Below, piece by piece: positions 25,701 through 38,600 of a stretch of DNA of 64,000 bases; positions within the stretch are counted from its first letter, which is position 1; the number at the start of each line of letters is the position of its first letter. The DNA is taken from NCBI GenBank assembly GCA_030390025.1, contig CM059432.1, positions 95,854,001-95,918,000 of the forward strand, in the 5' to 3' direction. Below the pieces are notes generated by a model that saw only the letters and a list, made by a program, of their open reading frames with translations, was not told the DNA's origin and searched no databases. The stretch comes from Squalus acanthias (taxonomy: Eukaryota). The position numbers and the translations under genes are program-made.

Positions 25701-28700
25701 AAGTCTCATGCAGGCCCAGTTCTACACTCGTTCCCCCGACACCGCCACCCCGCCTCACCAGGAAGGTCCAAAAATCCCAGGGCAACGTTAAGTAGTGTGG
25801 AGACCTGGAAAACCAGGTCTGCACCTCATTTTTCTGACCTTAGCACTTGAGGAAATGTGTGTTACCTTGGTGTAAGAATCAGGAAAATCAGTCCTGAGGT
25901 ATTGTCATACTCACATTTGTAAAGATGAGCCCACAAAGAAATCTTGCTACAAAAACTAGCTGCATTGTGGACGATCATTTACTCACACATATGCTGGAAT
26001 GCAGGGTGGGCACTTGGGTGTCACTGTATATGCTCTTCAAACTTTCATTATCTCGTAATACTTTCTGCTTGCAGCACAAAGTGGCACATAACAGGATGAG
26101 GAAACTGCATAGGCATGGGTCCCTATAAATAAATGCTTCTGAAGAGGCCACCTTTGCAAATCCTAGGCTGGAGAAGGAGTGGAGGAGGGTGAAACAGGAA
26201 CCCTCTGACAAGCTCAGGGCTAGCACCATCCTTTTCCTGTTATTCCTTCTTCACCCAGTGCTTCACTAACTCACTCACATGCATACAAAACAGCACACCA
26301 CCATGATATACATAGCCATGAAAGCACTATTTGAAGGGATGTCATGCAGCCAGCATTTTAACAGCATTCTTCTGTCTTTATAGAAAGAAACAGCCTGATT
26401 TGCTATAAGAACAAGTTAGCACCTCACAGCACCCAGCATCAATCACCCCATCCGCTGCAAGCACCAGCACAGGTACACCTACCAGAGGTGGATGTACCTT
26501 TAGTTAGTTCACTTGAGGATGATGCACCAGGTAATCACATAGCATAAGTAACAGCTTTTGATGCTGACAAAGGAGGAGCAGCAACCTGCTGGCTGGAGAG
26601 TCCACTCACAGCCTTCTTAGTTGCATAGCCCTGAAATTTAGATTGCATTGGGCTTAGATTGCACCAACCCTTTATTTAAAAGAAAGCTGCGATCTGAGCA
26701 CAAAATATTTTATATAGTCATCCGAAGATCTGGCAGCAACTGAAGAGAAGTCCTTTACCCACATCTGTGTAGTTGTGAATGACTAGGCTAGGCTCTAGGA
26801 GACATAAATCATACACGGCTACCAAGTAGAAGCATGAGGTTAAACACTCTGGTTGATACACTCATCACTCTTAGGATATTACGTTTATTTGAACTTAATT
26901 TTAGTCACATCCAGGGAGTTTTGCTCTGAAAATGCAGAATACGGTATCTGCAGAGCAAAGGATGGGCTTCCATGGTAGTTAAGGTAATGCAGAGAACAAT
27001 GTTGGGCCACTCCATTGTGCACATGTGGATGGGATCTTTACTGCATTAGACAGATCAACAACAACAACAAATTTCAATAGGAATCAGGAGGAAAACTCGC
27101 CACTGGCTGGAGTCATACCTAGCACAAAGGAAGATGGTTGTGGTTGTTGGAGGCCAATCATCTCAGTCCCAAGACATTGCTGTAGGAGTTCCTCAGGGCA
27201 GTGTCCTAGGCACAACCATCTTCAGCTGCTTCATCAATGACCCTCCCTCCACCATAGGGTCAGAAGTGGGGATGTTCGCTGATGATTGCACAATGTTCAG
27301 TTCCATTCGCAACTCCTCAGATTATGAAGCAGTCGGTGCCCTCATGCAGCAAGACCTGGACAACATTCAGGTTTGTGCTGATAAGTGGCAAGTAACATTC
27401 ATGCCACACAAGTGCCAGGCAATGACCATCTTCAACAAGACAGAGTCTAACCACCGCCCCTTGACATTCAACGCGATTACCATCGCTGAATCCCCATCAA
27501 TATCCTGGGGGGGGGTCACCATTGACCAGAAACTTAACTGGACCAGCCACATCAATACTGGGGCTACAAGAGCAGGTAAGAGGCTAAGGGGGAGAAATTC
27601 AGTATCGCCCCATTTGGGGCGCAATTATCGGCCGGGCGCAAAGATTAGCGCCTGGCGATAATTATCGCCACCGACTGCAAACTTGACTTTTATCACCCCT
27701 GGAGGTGATTGGAGCGCTAAATCAGGCGCTTCACACCTGTCTTAAGGCGCAAAGGCCGAGGAGCAAGGCGCTACCTCAGAGCACTGGCGAAGCTCCTGTG
27801 ATGCCAGTCAGCAATGGAACACACACACAATGGCGTGGGCCAGTTCTTAAAGGGGAGGGTTGATCTTGCTTTCCATCCACATCCTGCTCATTGCAGCCTT
27901 GAATCTCGGCCTGGAGAGACCTGCACATCAAATCTGCTGGAAAGAACAATGGCGAGTACCAGGGAAAGAGCTCAGAATGCAGCCCCCACAGTCTCTTCTA
28001 AATCGATACAAGGGCAAATCAAAATGAACCTGCAAAGTGCTGCTCAGTACCCAAAACTCCTTCACACAGCGTTGAATCTCTCCAGAAGTCTCTCTCTCTC
28101 TCTCTCAGAATTCGTGGTTCAAAAATGTCACCAACAATAAAAGGCAGGAAGCGGTCGCCTTTAAATAGCGCTCCCCCAGTCCCTTCCTGACTGCAAAATG
28201 CTCCCCTCAACCTGTCGCTGCTAGCGGCAGGCGGTAAGGCAGGGGGCGCCACTCAATATCCGCTCCAGGGCGATACCGGGGCGTTGCGAACTCGACTGAT
28301 GTCACGATCTGCCGGCGCAGGAGATCGTGGCGGTAGTGTTTAGTGCTGCCGCAAAATGTCTAGTTAATTTCACGAGCGGTGCAAACATCACCGTGCCCGG
28401 GCGCTAGATGCTTTGCGCCCCATTAGCGCCCTCTTAAGGCGCTAACGGGAGGCGCAACCAACTGAATTTTTCCCCCTAAGTGTTCTGTGGTGAGTGATTC
28501 ACCTCCTGACTCCCCAAAGTCTTTCCACCATCTACAAAGCACCAACAACACTCAAGAAGCTCGACATCATCCAGGACAAAGCAGCCCGCTTGATTGGCAT
28601 CCCATCCACCACTATAAAAATTTCCTCCCTCCACCACCGGCGCACTGTGGCTGCAGTGTGTACCATCTACAAGATGCACTACAGCAACTTGCCAAGGCTT

Positions 28701-31700
28701 CTTTGACAGCACCTCCCAAACCTGCGATCTCCACCACCTACAAGGACAAGGGAAGCAGGCACATGGGAACACCACCACCTGCAAGTTCCCCTCCAAGTCA
28801 CACACCATCCTGACTTGGAAATATATCGCTGATCCTTCATCGTCGCAGGGTCAAAATCCTGGAACTCCCTCCCTAACAGCCCTGTGGGAGCATCTTCACC
28901 TCACGGACTGCAGCAGTTCAAGAAGGCGGCTCACCACCACCTTCTCATGAACAATTAGGGATGGGCAATAAATGCTGGCCTTTCAAGCGCCGCCCACATC
29001 CCATGAATGAATAAAAAAACCTTGCATTTATATAGCACATTTAACGTAGATAATCTGTATCAGTGATGTTGATTGAGGGATAAATATTGGCCAGGACACT
29101 GTGGATCTCTAGTCTCTCATTGGATGTAAAAGATCCCATGGCACTATTTCAAAGAAGAGCAGTGGAGCTATCCCCGGTGTCCTGGCCAATATTTATCCCT
29201 CAATAAACATCACTAAAACAGATTATCTGGTCATTATCACATTGCTTTTTGTGTGAGCTGCTGTGCGCAAATTGACTGCCATGTTTCCTACATTACAACA
29301 GCGATTACACTTCAAAAGCACTTCATTGGCTGTAAAGTGCTTTGGGATGTCCGGTGTTCGTGAAAGGTGCTATATAAATGCAAGTTTTTCTTTTCTTTAA
29401 AAAAATGTTCCCTCATATCGCCTCTGGTTCTTTTACCAATCACCTTAAATCTGTGTCCTCTGTTTACTGACTCTTCTGCCACTGGAAACAGTTTCTCCTT
29501 ATTTACTCTATCAAAACCTCCCATGATTTTGAACACCTCTATCAAATCTTCTCTTAACCTTCTCTGCTCTAAGGAGAACAACATCAGCTTCTCCAGTCGC
29601 TCCACATAACTGAAGTCCCTCATCTCTGGTACTATTCTAGTAAATTTCTTCTGCACCCTCTCTAAGGCCTTGACATCCTTCCTAAAGTGTGATGCCCAGA
29701 ATTGAATGCAGTATTCCAGCTGAGGCCTAATTATGTTTAGCATAACGTTACATTGCCTCTATTTATAAAGCCAAGGATCCCATATTTTTTTTAACAGCCT
29801 TCTCAACTTGTCCTGCCACCTTCAATTTTATTGTCCGAATGGTTTACCAATGAACTTTCGGAGAAAGATGCTGCAGTTTCCTACTGGAAGAAATTAGAAT
29901 GACCAGATATGAATTAGTCCACCAGCTGAGCTGGAGTTAACTCAATGATGGAACAGTTAAACACTTTGCAGAGTATTTGTTCAACACAGAGTTTGCTGAA
30001 ACTGTTATCTTGACTGTAGGCTCTAGCAGAAATGAAGCACCCATCCCATCAACTACCATTGAGCTTTTAAATGCCAGTGCCCCTGAATAAGCTGAGAGTA
30101 ATTTGCTCAAGGGCTCTGTAAACAGATTCACCATGTTTTCTAAATCTTGTCAAACACAAAAAACAGTGAATTTATTGGTACGAAATGCAAAAAAGCTTGG
30201 AGCAAAATAGAACATAAGGGCCAATTTTATGAATGTGGATGAACCCTCCCACACCAGGAGCACATATTGGGAACTCACAGGCATGATTCCCGCGATTTCC
30301 CAATTTACACTCCCAGCAGGTGAGATGTTGTGTGGTGGAATTTGCACTTTGGCTTTGGTTCCTATACTCTGCCATTTACTGTCACCACTATACAATGTCA
30401 TATTTATCTGCATAGGTCAAGTACCTTGTTTCCCCTCACTGAGGCAGAAAATTGGAGTTATGTCAACTAACAACCTATTCGAGAGCAACATAAGATGCTG
30501 TTTCCTGGAATATTGGCTTTACTGCCTGAGCAGTGTTTGTCCACTAACCGTTACGTAAATGTCCAAAAAGCCTTAATGTCTGGCAATCAAAAAACAGCTC
30601 CTTCATTTTTGATATATATATAAAATAATGAATGTCTTTGTCATAGGTGTTTCCCTACCTTGCTGAAGAAGTAATTTTGGTCACAGCTTAAGTACACAAT
30701 TGGCTGTTTGCCGAAGCTCCACTTACAGCATGAGAAGACATAACAGCATGCCACGCGTCTTCTGGCACTGGGCCAGCTTGCTCTTAATGATACTTTACTC
30801 AGTAGTTGTCTGTCTGTCTGTAATGCAAAGTTGTTACCAAACCAAGGTTAAATGACTTGAGCTGCGTCTCCTAAAATGAAGGATTTTCCGTGTTCTCCAA
30901 AAATAAAAATTTTAATGAGATGAACAAGCAAGTGCTTAAGAAAAGAAAATAGGGGTTTCTGGTTGCAAGAACCAGAGATATATGATACATTTGGAAGGAA
31001 GTCAAAAACAACTTTAAAAATATTTCATTCAAGTGTAGTGACTGACTTGAGATTTGACAGTCCAGTTTTGAGCAGACTGTCCAGAATTTGACTCTATCAC
31101 TAATTTCTAAAGTGTGAATTGAACATCAAAAATCATTTTTTTAAATAGATACCCACTTCCGTGGCTGATCACATGCGGACACAGAGGGTAAAATTCAACT
31201 TTGGTAGGCACATAAGGCAAAAGGAGGTCTATGGAAAGGGAAATCAGGCAGGGCATATAATGGACGGCCAATGTGCTACTGCCTGATAATGCTCCTGCAA
31301 AGCACCTTGGGACATTTTACTATGTTAAAGGTGCTATATTAATGCAAGTTGTTGTTGTTGTTGCCTGTTTTGCATCTCCACTGAAGTTGAATTTTTACCC
31401 TATTAAATCTTAATCAGCAGTCATACAAACTTAAAAACTCAAGTTATGATCCCACTCATGCCCCTCACCTGAAATGCCTGTCCGGTTTTGGACTTGATAA
31501 AAAGGTGGCAACCTTATTCAGTCCAACTCTTTTCCTCTCCTGACTCCTTGTTGGGGTACAGCTCCACAGTCACCAGTTGCCCTCCCGTATCTCACCCAAA
31601 ATGCCTATTGTGTGTGAGCCTTGATGTGAGATGTCAGCAGGATAATTGACCAAGGGGTTGAAATTACAGGCATGGCTGAATCTGTCCTTACCTGATGTTA

Positions 31701-32944
31701 CTAGATAGTGATCAGGAGTGGGAATGCTGACTGATTGTCCCTTGTCTAAGCCAGGTCTCATGACTCAGTTGTAGTAACCCCATCGCTGCTCAGCTGGGAT
31801 CAGCTAACTTGAAAATCCAATTTTAACAAGTGAAACAAGAAACTGAAATGAGCTGTTAAATGCTGCTGGTTTTAATGTTGAGAATAATCTTGACATTCAC
31901 AAATTTTCTTTAATACATAAATGTTATGATCCTTTTTATGAGCCTCAGCAAACTAAAGCTGTCTACATTTTTTAGGGTTACCACAGCAGGTGGAGAAAAA
32001 TGTCTTATTCACAAGGGAGTGGAAATACTTGCCAGGATGGGGAAATCTAAGACCGTGGTTGAGGACGCCAAACATTTGGCAAATGCCTGGAAGGTATAGA
32101 TCAACACTTTTGCCGAGCTCTTATCAAACTAAACTTCATGGCCTAGAAATTCGGCCAAAGAGTGCCTGTTTTTTGGGTGTTAGCCGGCTTATTAAGCTCC
32201 CAATATGACGGGCAGGAAGTGCGCCACCCACCATATTGGATGCGCTGGCAGCAGGAATGGATGTCGGGAACATTTAAAGGCCAGAATAACTTATTCAAAT
32301 TAGAATTCTGCATGTCTTGCAGGACCTGTTTTCGATTTTTAAATGCTCCAGCGCTTCACTCGGCACGAGCTGAACTCGCCCAGCGCAACGTGGCACTAAC
32401 CGGCAGGAAGGCCCCCATACTTACTTGAATGAATGTGGAGCTGAGAGGAGTAGGGGTGCTCCTGCTGACCCCATACTAAAAGAACGCGGCCACCCCCACC
32501 CAGCCGCAGTTACCTCCTGGCCCGATTGCCCACCCTTCCTCACTTCCCTGAGGGCAGCGTCCCGATCTTCAATTATGCTCCGCCGGCAACTCTGCACAGC
32601 TCGCCGGCTCCATGGAAATGAGGCCCGAGGCCCAATAGCAGGGACACCTCGGGCCTCACCATTCAGGTGCAGGGATTATACGCTGCACCTCCTCCCCGCA
32701 CACACAGAAATGGGTGTGCCTGAAATTCTAGGTTCAAGCTTCATGAAAACTTTGATTGAATTTTTTTTTTTTGGTAACCCATTATTTTTGTTTTATGCTG
32801 TAGGTAGAGGAAGAAAGACCAGCGCATAAAAGAAAAATGCTTGAATTTATTCGTGCATGTGGTGAAGATTATGACGTTTTAACGGACAACTGTCATGATT
32901 GCACAGAGAGAATGATGGAACTCACTAACATGTCTTTCTTTTAG
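19627..32944 (+). CDS. Spliced host gene: small putatively secreted permuted NlpC/P60 (LRAT/PPPDE-like) protein, 164 aa from ATG 19641; exons 19627-19731, 23219-23363, 31976-32093, 32804-32944
   Basis: Four AG/GT-bounded exons with compatible phases give MLLVFLIVFCSDGVITRSIRKHRR..YNQYVIKAEKVVRPL..GPLKHSGVRVTTAGGEKCLIHKG..KTVVEDAKHLANAWKVEEER..EFIRACGEDYDVLTDNCHDCTERMMELTNMSFF*; His..His..NC motif order. Confidence 0.85.
23219..23363 (+). CDS. Host gene exon (..RPLKYLPWIMMGPLKHSGV)
   Basis: tgtatag| ... ag|gtaaac; open frame, phase 1 to 2. Confidence 0.85.
27075..29020 (+). mobile_element. Non-LTR retrotransposon 3' fragment (RT C-terminal part), split by a MITE
   Basis: [19 protein letters not shown]..; continues after 28479 (LDIIQDKAARLIG); tail atgaatgaataaaaaaa. 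Confidence 0.85.
27588..28476. mobile_element. Non-autonomous internal-deletion derivative of the Harbinger family, TSD TAA
   Basis: taa|gggggagaaattc ... gaatttttccccc|taa; both arms match the ends of 52625-56878 in inverted orientation. Confidence 0.92.
29060..29398 (+). mobile_element. 5'-truncated/inverted DeuSINE
   Basis: gatgtaaaagatcccatggcactatttc..; short inverted segment at ~29060-29100. Confidence 0.7.
29400..29825 (-). mobile_element. CR1 ORF2 fragment
   Basis: IRPQLEYCIQFWASHFRKDVKALERVQ. Confidence 0.88.
31976..32093 (+). CDS. Host gene exon (VTTAGGEKCLIHKG..NAWK)
   Basis: acattttttag| ... aag|gtatag; phase 2 to 0. Confidence 0.85.
32139..32734. mobile_element. Intronic MITE (Harbinger-like termini)
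   Basis: ggcctagaaattc ... gaaattctaggtt. Confidence 0.55.
32804..32944 (+). CDS. Host gene last coding exon with Y..L.DNCH motif
   Basis: ttttatgctgtag|GTAGAG..; stop TAG at 32942-32944. Confidence 0.85.
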   Translation, partial: VEEERPAHKRKMLEFIRACGEDYDVLTDNCHDCTERMMELTNMSFF

Positions 32945-33289
32945 GCTGTGATCTTTTTAAACCCAATTTCGGAATTACTTGGCGGTCAGGTCACACCAAA
33001 CTTATGTGTGGATTTTTGGTCATATTTTAAAAACTATATATTTTTTCATAAATATTATACTTTATCAACCTAATTTTCTTGTCCTATCTATTTCTTGCTT
33101 ATTGTTATAGACATATTTTAAATTGAACGTATATGTGAGATAATATATAACAATAATATTTCAAATCCTAGCAGCTATAAAGTGAACATTTACGACAAAT
33201 ATGACTTACTGATTTGTCAAAATTAATTATTTTCACAAAATTGGTTTGATCTGTGATGCAGAATATGGAGAGCAGGATTCTATTAATTC

Positions 33290-34660
33290 TGCAACAGAGA
33301 ACTAATAAATCCCTGAACCAAATAACATAAATCCTAGAAATACTGAAGGAGACTAGGGAGGAACTTTTCATACATTTCCTATAATCATGAAAGTATCATT
33401 GGGTACTGGTAGAGTTCCACAGGATTGGAAGCAAGCAAATATAGTAATATATTTAAAAAGCGGGGAACGAATCTGACCCAGGCAATTACAGGTTCATTAG
33501 CCTAACATACGTATAAATCAATAGCTTAATAAGAAATGGCCAGCATGGATTGGCAAGGGGAAGATCTTGCTTGACCTTGAGTACGTCACAAATAAAGCAA
33601 TAGTGACTCCCAGTGGTATATTTATTTGGATTTTCACAAAGCTTCTGACAAGGTTCTGCATGAAGGATTTTTAATAAAACTAAAATCTAGTGTAGAACAG
33701 AAGTAGCTGGAAAAAAAAGGAAATAGAACTAGTCATGAGGGGTATAGTGTCAGACTTGTGGGGGGCGGGGTGGGGGGAGTTGTTAAGTGGAGCACCTGAA
33801 AGGTCAGTGCTTAGATGCCTACTGTTTCTTATCTAATAAATGATTTAAGTGCAGAAACCAAATGTAAACTTTAAAAATTTACAGATAACAGTAATATTGG
33901 GAGAATGGTTGGGACAGGAGATACAGTTAACAATTTACTTAAGAAATTAGGTCAGTTAGACAACTGAACAGATAAATGACAAATGGAATTTAATATTGAC
34001 AAGTGTAAAGTATTATACGTTTGGTGAAAATGGTCAATATAGGTTAACAATGAAGGGAATATAATTAGCACAGAGAGCCCTAGAAAGCCCTAGGAAGCTA
34101 TTAAAACAAACAGAATGTTGGGATACATAGCCATCAGAGTGAAGCATAAGTGTGCAGAGTTATGTTGTGGCTTTATAAAGCGCTAGGCAAACTACATTTG
34201 GAGCACTGTGTACAGGTTTACTCACTGTGCTACAAAAGAGACCTTAATGCTTTGGAAAGGAAGTAAATAAGAGTAACCAGAATGATACAGATTGTAAAGA
34301 AAATGTGCTATAAGGAAAGACTATAATCTAAAGAGAAGCTTAAAGAAGTGGAACTAATGTCAGCACATAAAGTATTAAATGGTATAAGTAAACTGAAGCC
34401 AGAACATTACTTCAAAATAAGTAAAGTCAATAGGACCAGAGGATATAATTTTAAATGAATAAAAAGTAAGGTTACAGTAGTTTTTTAGGGAAAAGATATT
34501 TAATCCAAGGGTGACAAATATTTTGAATATTCTACTAACAAAGGTAATAGAGTCAAGAACATTAGAGTATTCAAAATGCAGTTGGATGCAAGGTTGGATG
34601 AGTTTAGATAGGCTGAATGGTCTTTTTTCATCCTTAACTTTTCCTAATTCTCTCATAACA
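33290..34660 (+). mobile_element. Highly degraded CR1
   Basis: Residual VPQDWKQAN, QHG, YLDFHKASDKV, LEHCVQ motifs. Confidence 0.7.
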
Positions 34661-34701
34661 TGCGCGATCACGTACAGGGTCAGCAATTGCACAGACACTA
34701 A

Positions 34702-36574
34702 GGGCTGGATTTTTCCAACCTCGGCGGGTCCAGGGTGGGTGACGTCAGTGGCGTGTGGGGACCTTGCAACTGTGTCGATCCCGGCCTCCAACAAGATATT
34801 CCGATGATGAGGCTTGTTAAGCCCGCCCTGCGAGGTTCCCAGCCAATTAATAGGAAGCGGGTCTAATGATGTCATTTGATGATGCGTCATCAGCCGGTTT
34901 CCTTAAAGGGTCCATGTCCAAATTGATTTTGACAGTTGTGCTGTCAGTGTTCTGCAGCATTGAGGTGCTGCAAACACTGACAAGCACTGCACAAAGGTGC
35001 ACGGCTGCACCCAGGCTCTCCCAGACTCACAGCATGCAGGGAGGTTCTCTTCCCTTCCAATGGGTGGAAGACACCTCCTCAGGGGACCAGCGCAGCCTGG
35101 TTACACATTGCACAGGAGGACACAAGCAGGGATGTCGTCAGGATGACCAGGCTGCAGTGGTGCAAACCTTTCAATGATCTCAGTAGATCACGAAACGTTA
35201 CTGCAAAGCTACACTCAACCTTATTCTGTTGTGTCACTCATCACATCCCCCATCACTCTGCCTTCCCTAACCTATTCCTGCACATCTTTACTCACACCAA
35301 CTTACCTTGCACCTCCACCCATCCCTCTCTATCTACATTATCACTTCCCCATCTCACTAGCCACCCCTCACACTCACCCTCATCCTAGTGCAAGCATACG
35401 AAGTAACAACATACAAGTTCTGACGAAAGGTCATCGACCTGAAACGTTAACTCTCTTTCTCTCTCCACGGATGCTGCCTGGCCTGCTGAGTTTTTCCAGC
35501 GTTTTCTGTTGTTATAACAACATACAAGGGTAGGCACTTGGGTGGTTTAGCCAATGTTCATGTGAAGTTTCTGGTAATGTGCTGTCAAACATTGAAATCT
35601 TTATTTTTAACACTTTGCATTCTTGGACAGATTTGTGTGCACCTTTGAAAGTGTCTTAGTGAGTTGCAGTGAATGGTGAGACATAACGTTTACCTACAAT
35701 GGTGATGAATGTGAAAGCAACGGCTTCGACATTGTAGGGATGCTTTATGGTGCTGGTGTGGGGTGGTGCCAACCTGATGCATCATGTGGCAGCCATGGTG
35801 TACAATGTTAAGTGAAGCTAATCTGGACATGGTGAGTCCATCGCTGGCGTCCCGGGCAGAAATGTGCATGGGCGATGATGCCCTGTGTCCAGTGCAGCAT
35901 CAGTTGATTGTGGAGAAGGTTGGTGCGGATGTTGATGCTGCTGGTGTGCCCGGTGATGTTGGTGTTGGGGCTGATCGTGTTGGGATTCTGAGGACCAAGG
36001 TGAGATTTTTTCAAGGGCACTGATGCTGATGGAATAGATGGCAGATGAGACTGCGATGACAGAAGTAATCTGTCAGTGTTGAGATAGGTTGTTCCAAGGA
36101 GGTGACAGTCGATAGAGAGATTACTCCAAACACTTCAAAAGTGCATAAAGCTCAAAAGTGGGTTCCAAATACTGAAGGCTGAAGCTTCTGAGATTGGAAA
36201 GTGACCAGCTGTAAAATGGCAGGTTTTAAACCACTTTTGCAGCTGTCACCTAATGAAAGAAATGGAGAGTTGTTCAGAACCCGACATACTTAACTGGCGT
36301 GATCCCCGAGCGATGGGAACCTTGAGAAAAACTTGGGAAAATGCTTTGTACGTAGTGAAATGTTGATTCAATTGCTTTAACTACCCTGCTAACGAGCAGA
36401 ATTGCCTGACCCGCCGCTTAGTACCGGGTCTGCAACGCACAGGCAGAGCCGGCACTAGGGAAACTCACAAGGAGGCGGGTTCAGAGTGGGATACCGCCCC
36501 ACTGCCAATCTTTTTGATTTTGACAGCGGACCCGCCTCCGAACCCGCCCTCTGAGCGCCGGCAAAATTCAGCCC
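34702..36574. mobile_element. Non-autonomous Harbinger-type element, TSD TAA, with a degraded Myb-like remnant
   Basis: taa|gggctggattt ... aaattcagccc|taa; QWCKPFNDL resembles QCRKKFNDL of the Myb-like ORF. Confidence 0.8.
35418..35514 (+). mobile_element. Penelope-type fragment with hammerhead core, flanked by a 14-bp direct repeat
   Basis: ttctgacgaaaggtcatcgacctgaaacgtt; TAACAACATACAAG at 35404 and 35515. Confidence 0.7.
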
Positions 36575-38600
36575 TAAGAATAAATATTAAACTGGACTCA
36601 TTGCTATCTGATCAGACATATTTTAAGATTGCCTGCTTGTTCTGTCTAAGGAATAAAAAAATCCAGTAGCAACAAATATGAAGAGAATCAGAGAACTCTG
36701 ATATTTTGGCTACTATTCTCTCAAGTAAACTGACAGTATCCTCCTAGTCCCTCCATATCACAAATGGAATAAGATGTAAAATGTTGTCATGCTATCCATG
36801 TTAAATATTTTTAAACAAATGGTTATAGAAATTGTTGTACCATATATACTATTAAATCCTCACAGTTATTACCTGTTGTCATATTTTCTTCTTCAGCTAA
36901 TGGTGAAGGTGATGACCTGTGCTACCTAATCTCTACACCTACATTCAATGCCAGTTCTTAAACAGCTGACTGGAGGCCTTTTCCTGTGCAGATCTGGTCT
37001 TGTTAACTTTTCATTCCACAAGGTCAACACTCCACCACTGCAATATGCTCCCACTAGTGCTTAGTTCAAAAGTGCCTGAATCTCATTCACTGGCTAGCAT
37101 TGAAAATGGATTCAGTCCGAATGGGAATTCAGTTTTCCTCCTTTTAAAATCAGCAGAAAGGATTAACAAGCTAAAATATTATTCTATCTGATGGAGCAAC
37201 TTATTATTCAATATCAATGCCTATGCTGCTTGTATATTGTATGTAGTTTCAACAAGTATAAGTGACATTTGTTTTCAGCTTATGTAAACTACCACAGGGC
37301 TCAGCAGGATAGCATTTTCTACCATTAGTCAGCATTTTCCCCATGTACTCGGGATCCAAAATACAAGGTCTTTTTAGAAATTGTCCTGCACTCTAAAACA
37401 CAAGCTTGAAATGAAGGATAGATTGTTAGGAGACGACAAAGTATAAGTTTAGTCAGATCTGTTGCTGCATAATTATTGTTGGCTGAAATCATTCACGTAG
37501 TCATTATGGCGAATAATTTGCAAGTGGAAGCTCTTTTATTCTGTATACTGTAATTTATTTGCAATCTTGTTTTCTGGAACATTATAGCCACCACAAAGAG
37601 TTATTTAACAGCTGGCAACATTTAGCAATTTAAAATAAAATGGTGGTAACGCAGACATGAAATTCATAATTTTGAGATATGAATAATTTATGGTAATATA
37701 CAAGGTAATCAATAAATAAATAATTTAAAAGGATGTACAAAATGGCATTTGTGTTATTTTCAGTATTTTTCAGTTCTCAGTATATCTTTATTAGAAAAGC
37801 CACCAATTTCCACAGACCATGAATGAACATATCACATGTATCTCAGTCTGAGGCAGTATATTTCCATTTGTCTCTTTTACCTTGTTCACCTTCATTGCTA
37901 TCCCTTTTCCATCTTATTTTTGATCATTTATTTGCTTTTTCCTCCTCCCCTTCCCTTGTTGTATTCCTTTTTAAATGTTGTCCATCTGTGATATCCTTCA
38001 ATTCTGATGAAGGATCCAAACCGAAAACATCAACTCCTCTGAGAATTCTCTCCACAGATGCTGCCTGACCTGCTGATTGAAACAAAAACAGAAAATGCTG
38101 GAAACAGATTCCCATAATATGCAGATCTTTGGCTTTATGTCAAAAATAGCCCGGAATTTGCAGTTGTAATGACAGCAAAACTGTCAGCGTTTGCCGTCAT
38201 TACTATGTAAAACTCACAGCAACTTCTGGCGTCTGCAGATGGGCAGTTAAATGCGGAAATCAGAAGTTGTTGTCAGTGATACGCTGCTCCTTACAGGGTG
38301 CAATGTTGCAGTCTTCGCAGATGCAATCAACACAGAATCACTGATTTGACATGAACTTCAACTTTTTACACACTATTCTCACTGTAAAAACCAATGAAAA
38401 TATTAAACCTTGTTCAGTCAGGAGTTTTTAATGGCATATTTAAGTCATAATTACTGATGAACAACCTCTCTCACCCTGAAAAACTCATTTTACAAGTGTG
38501 GAGTCTCATTCCCTCAGAATAACATTTAATATTGCCATAATTTTTCAAATATTAAAAATTCATTTTTATTTTATTTTTAAAAGTTTGTTTATGATATTTC

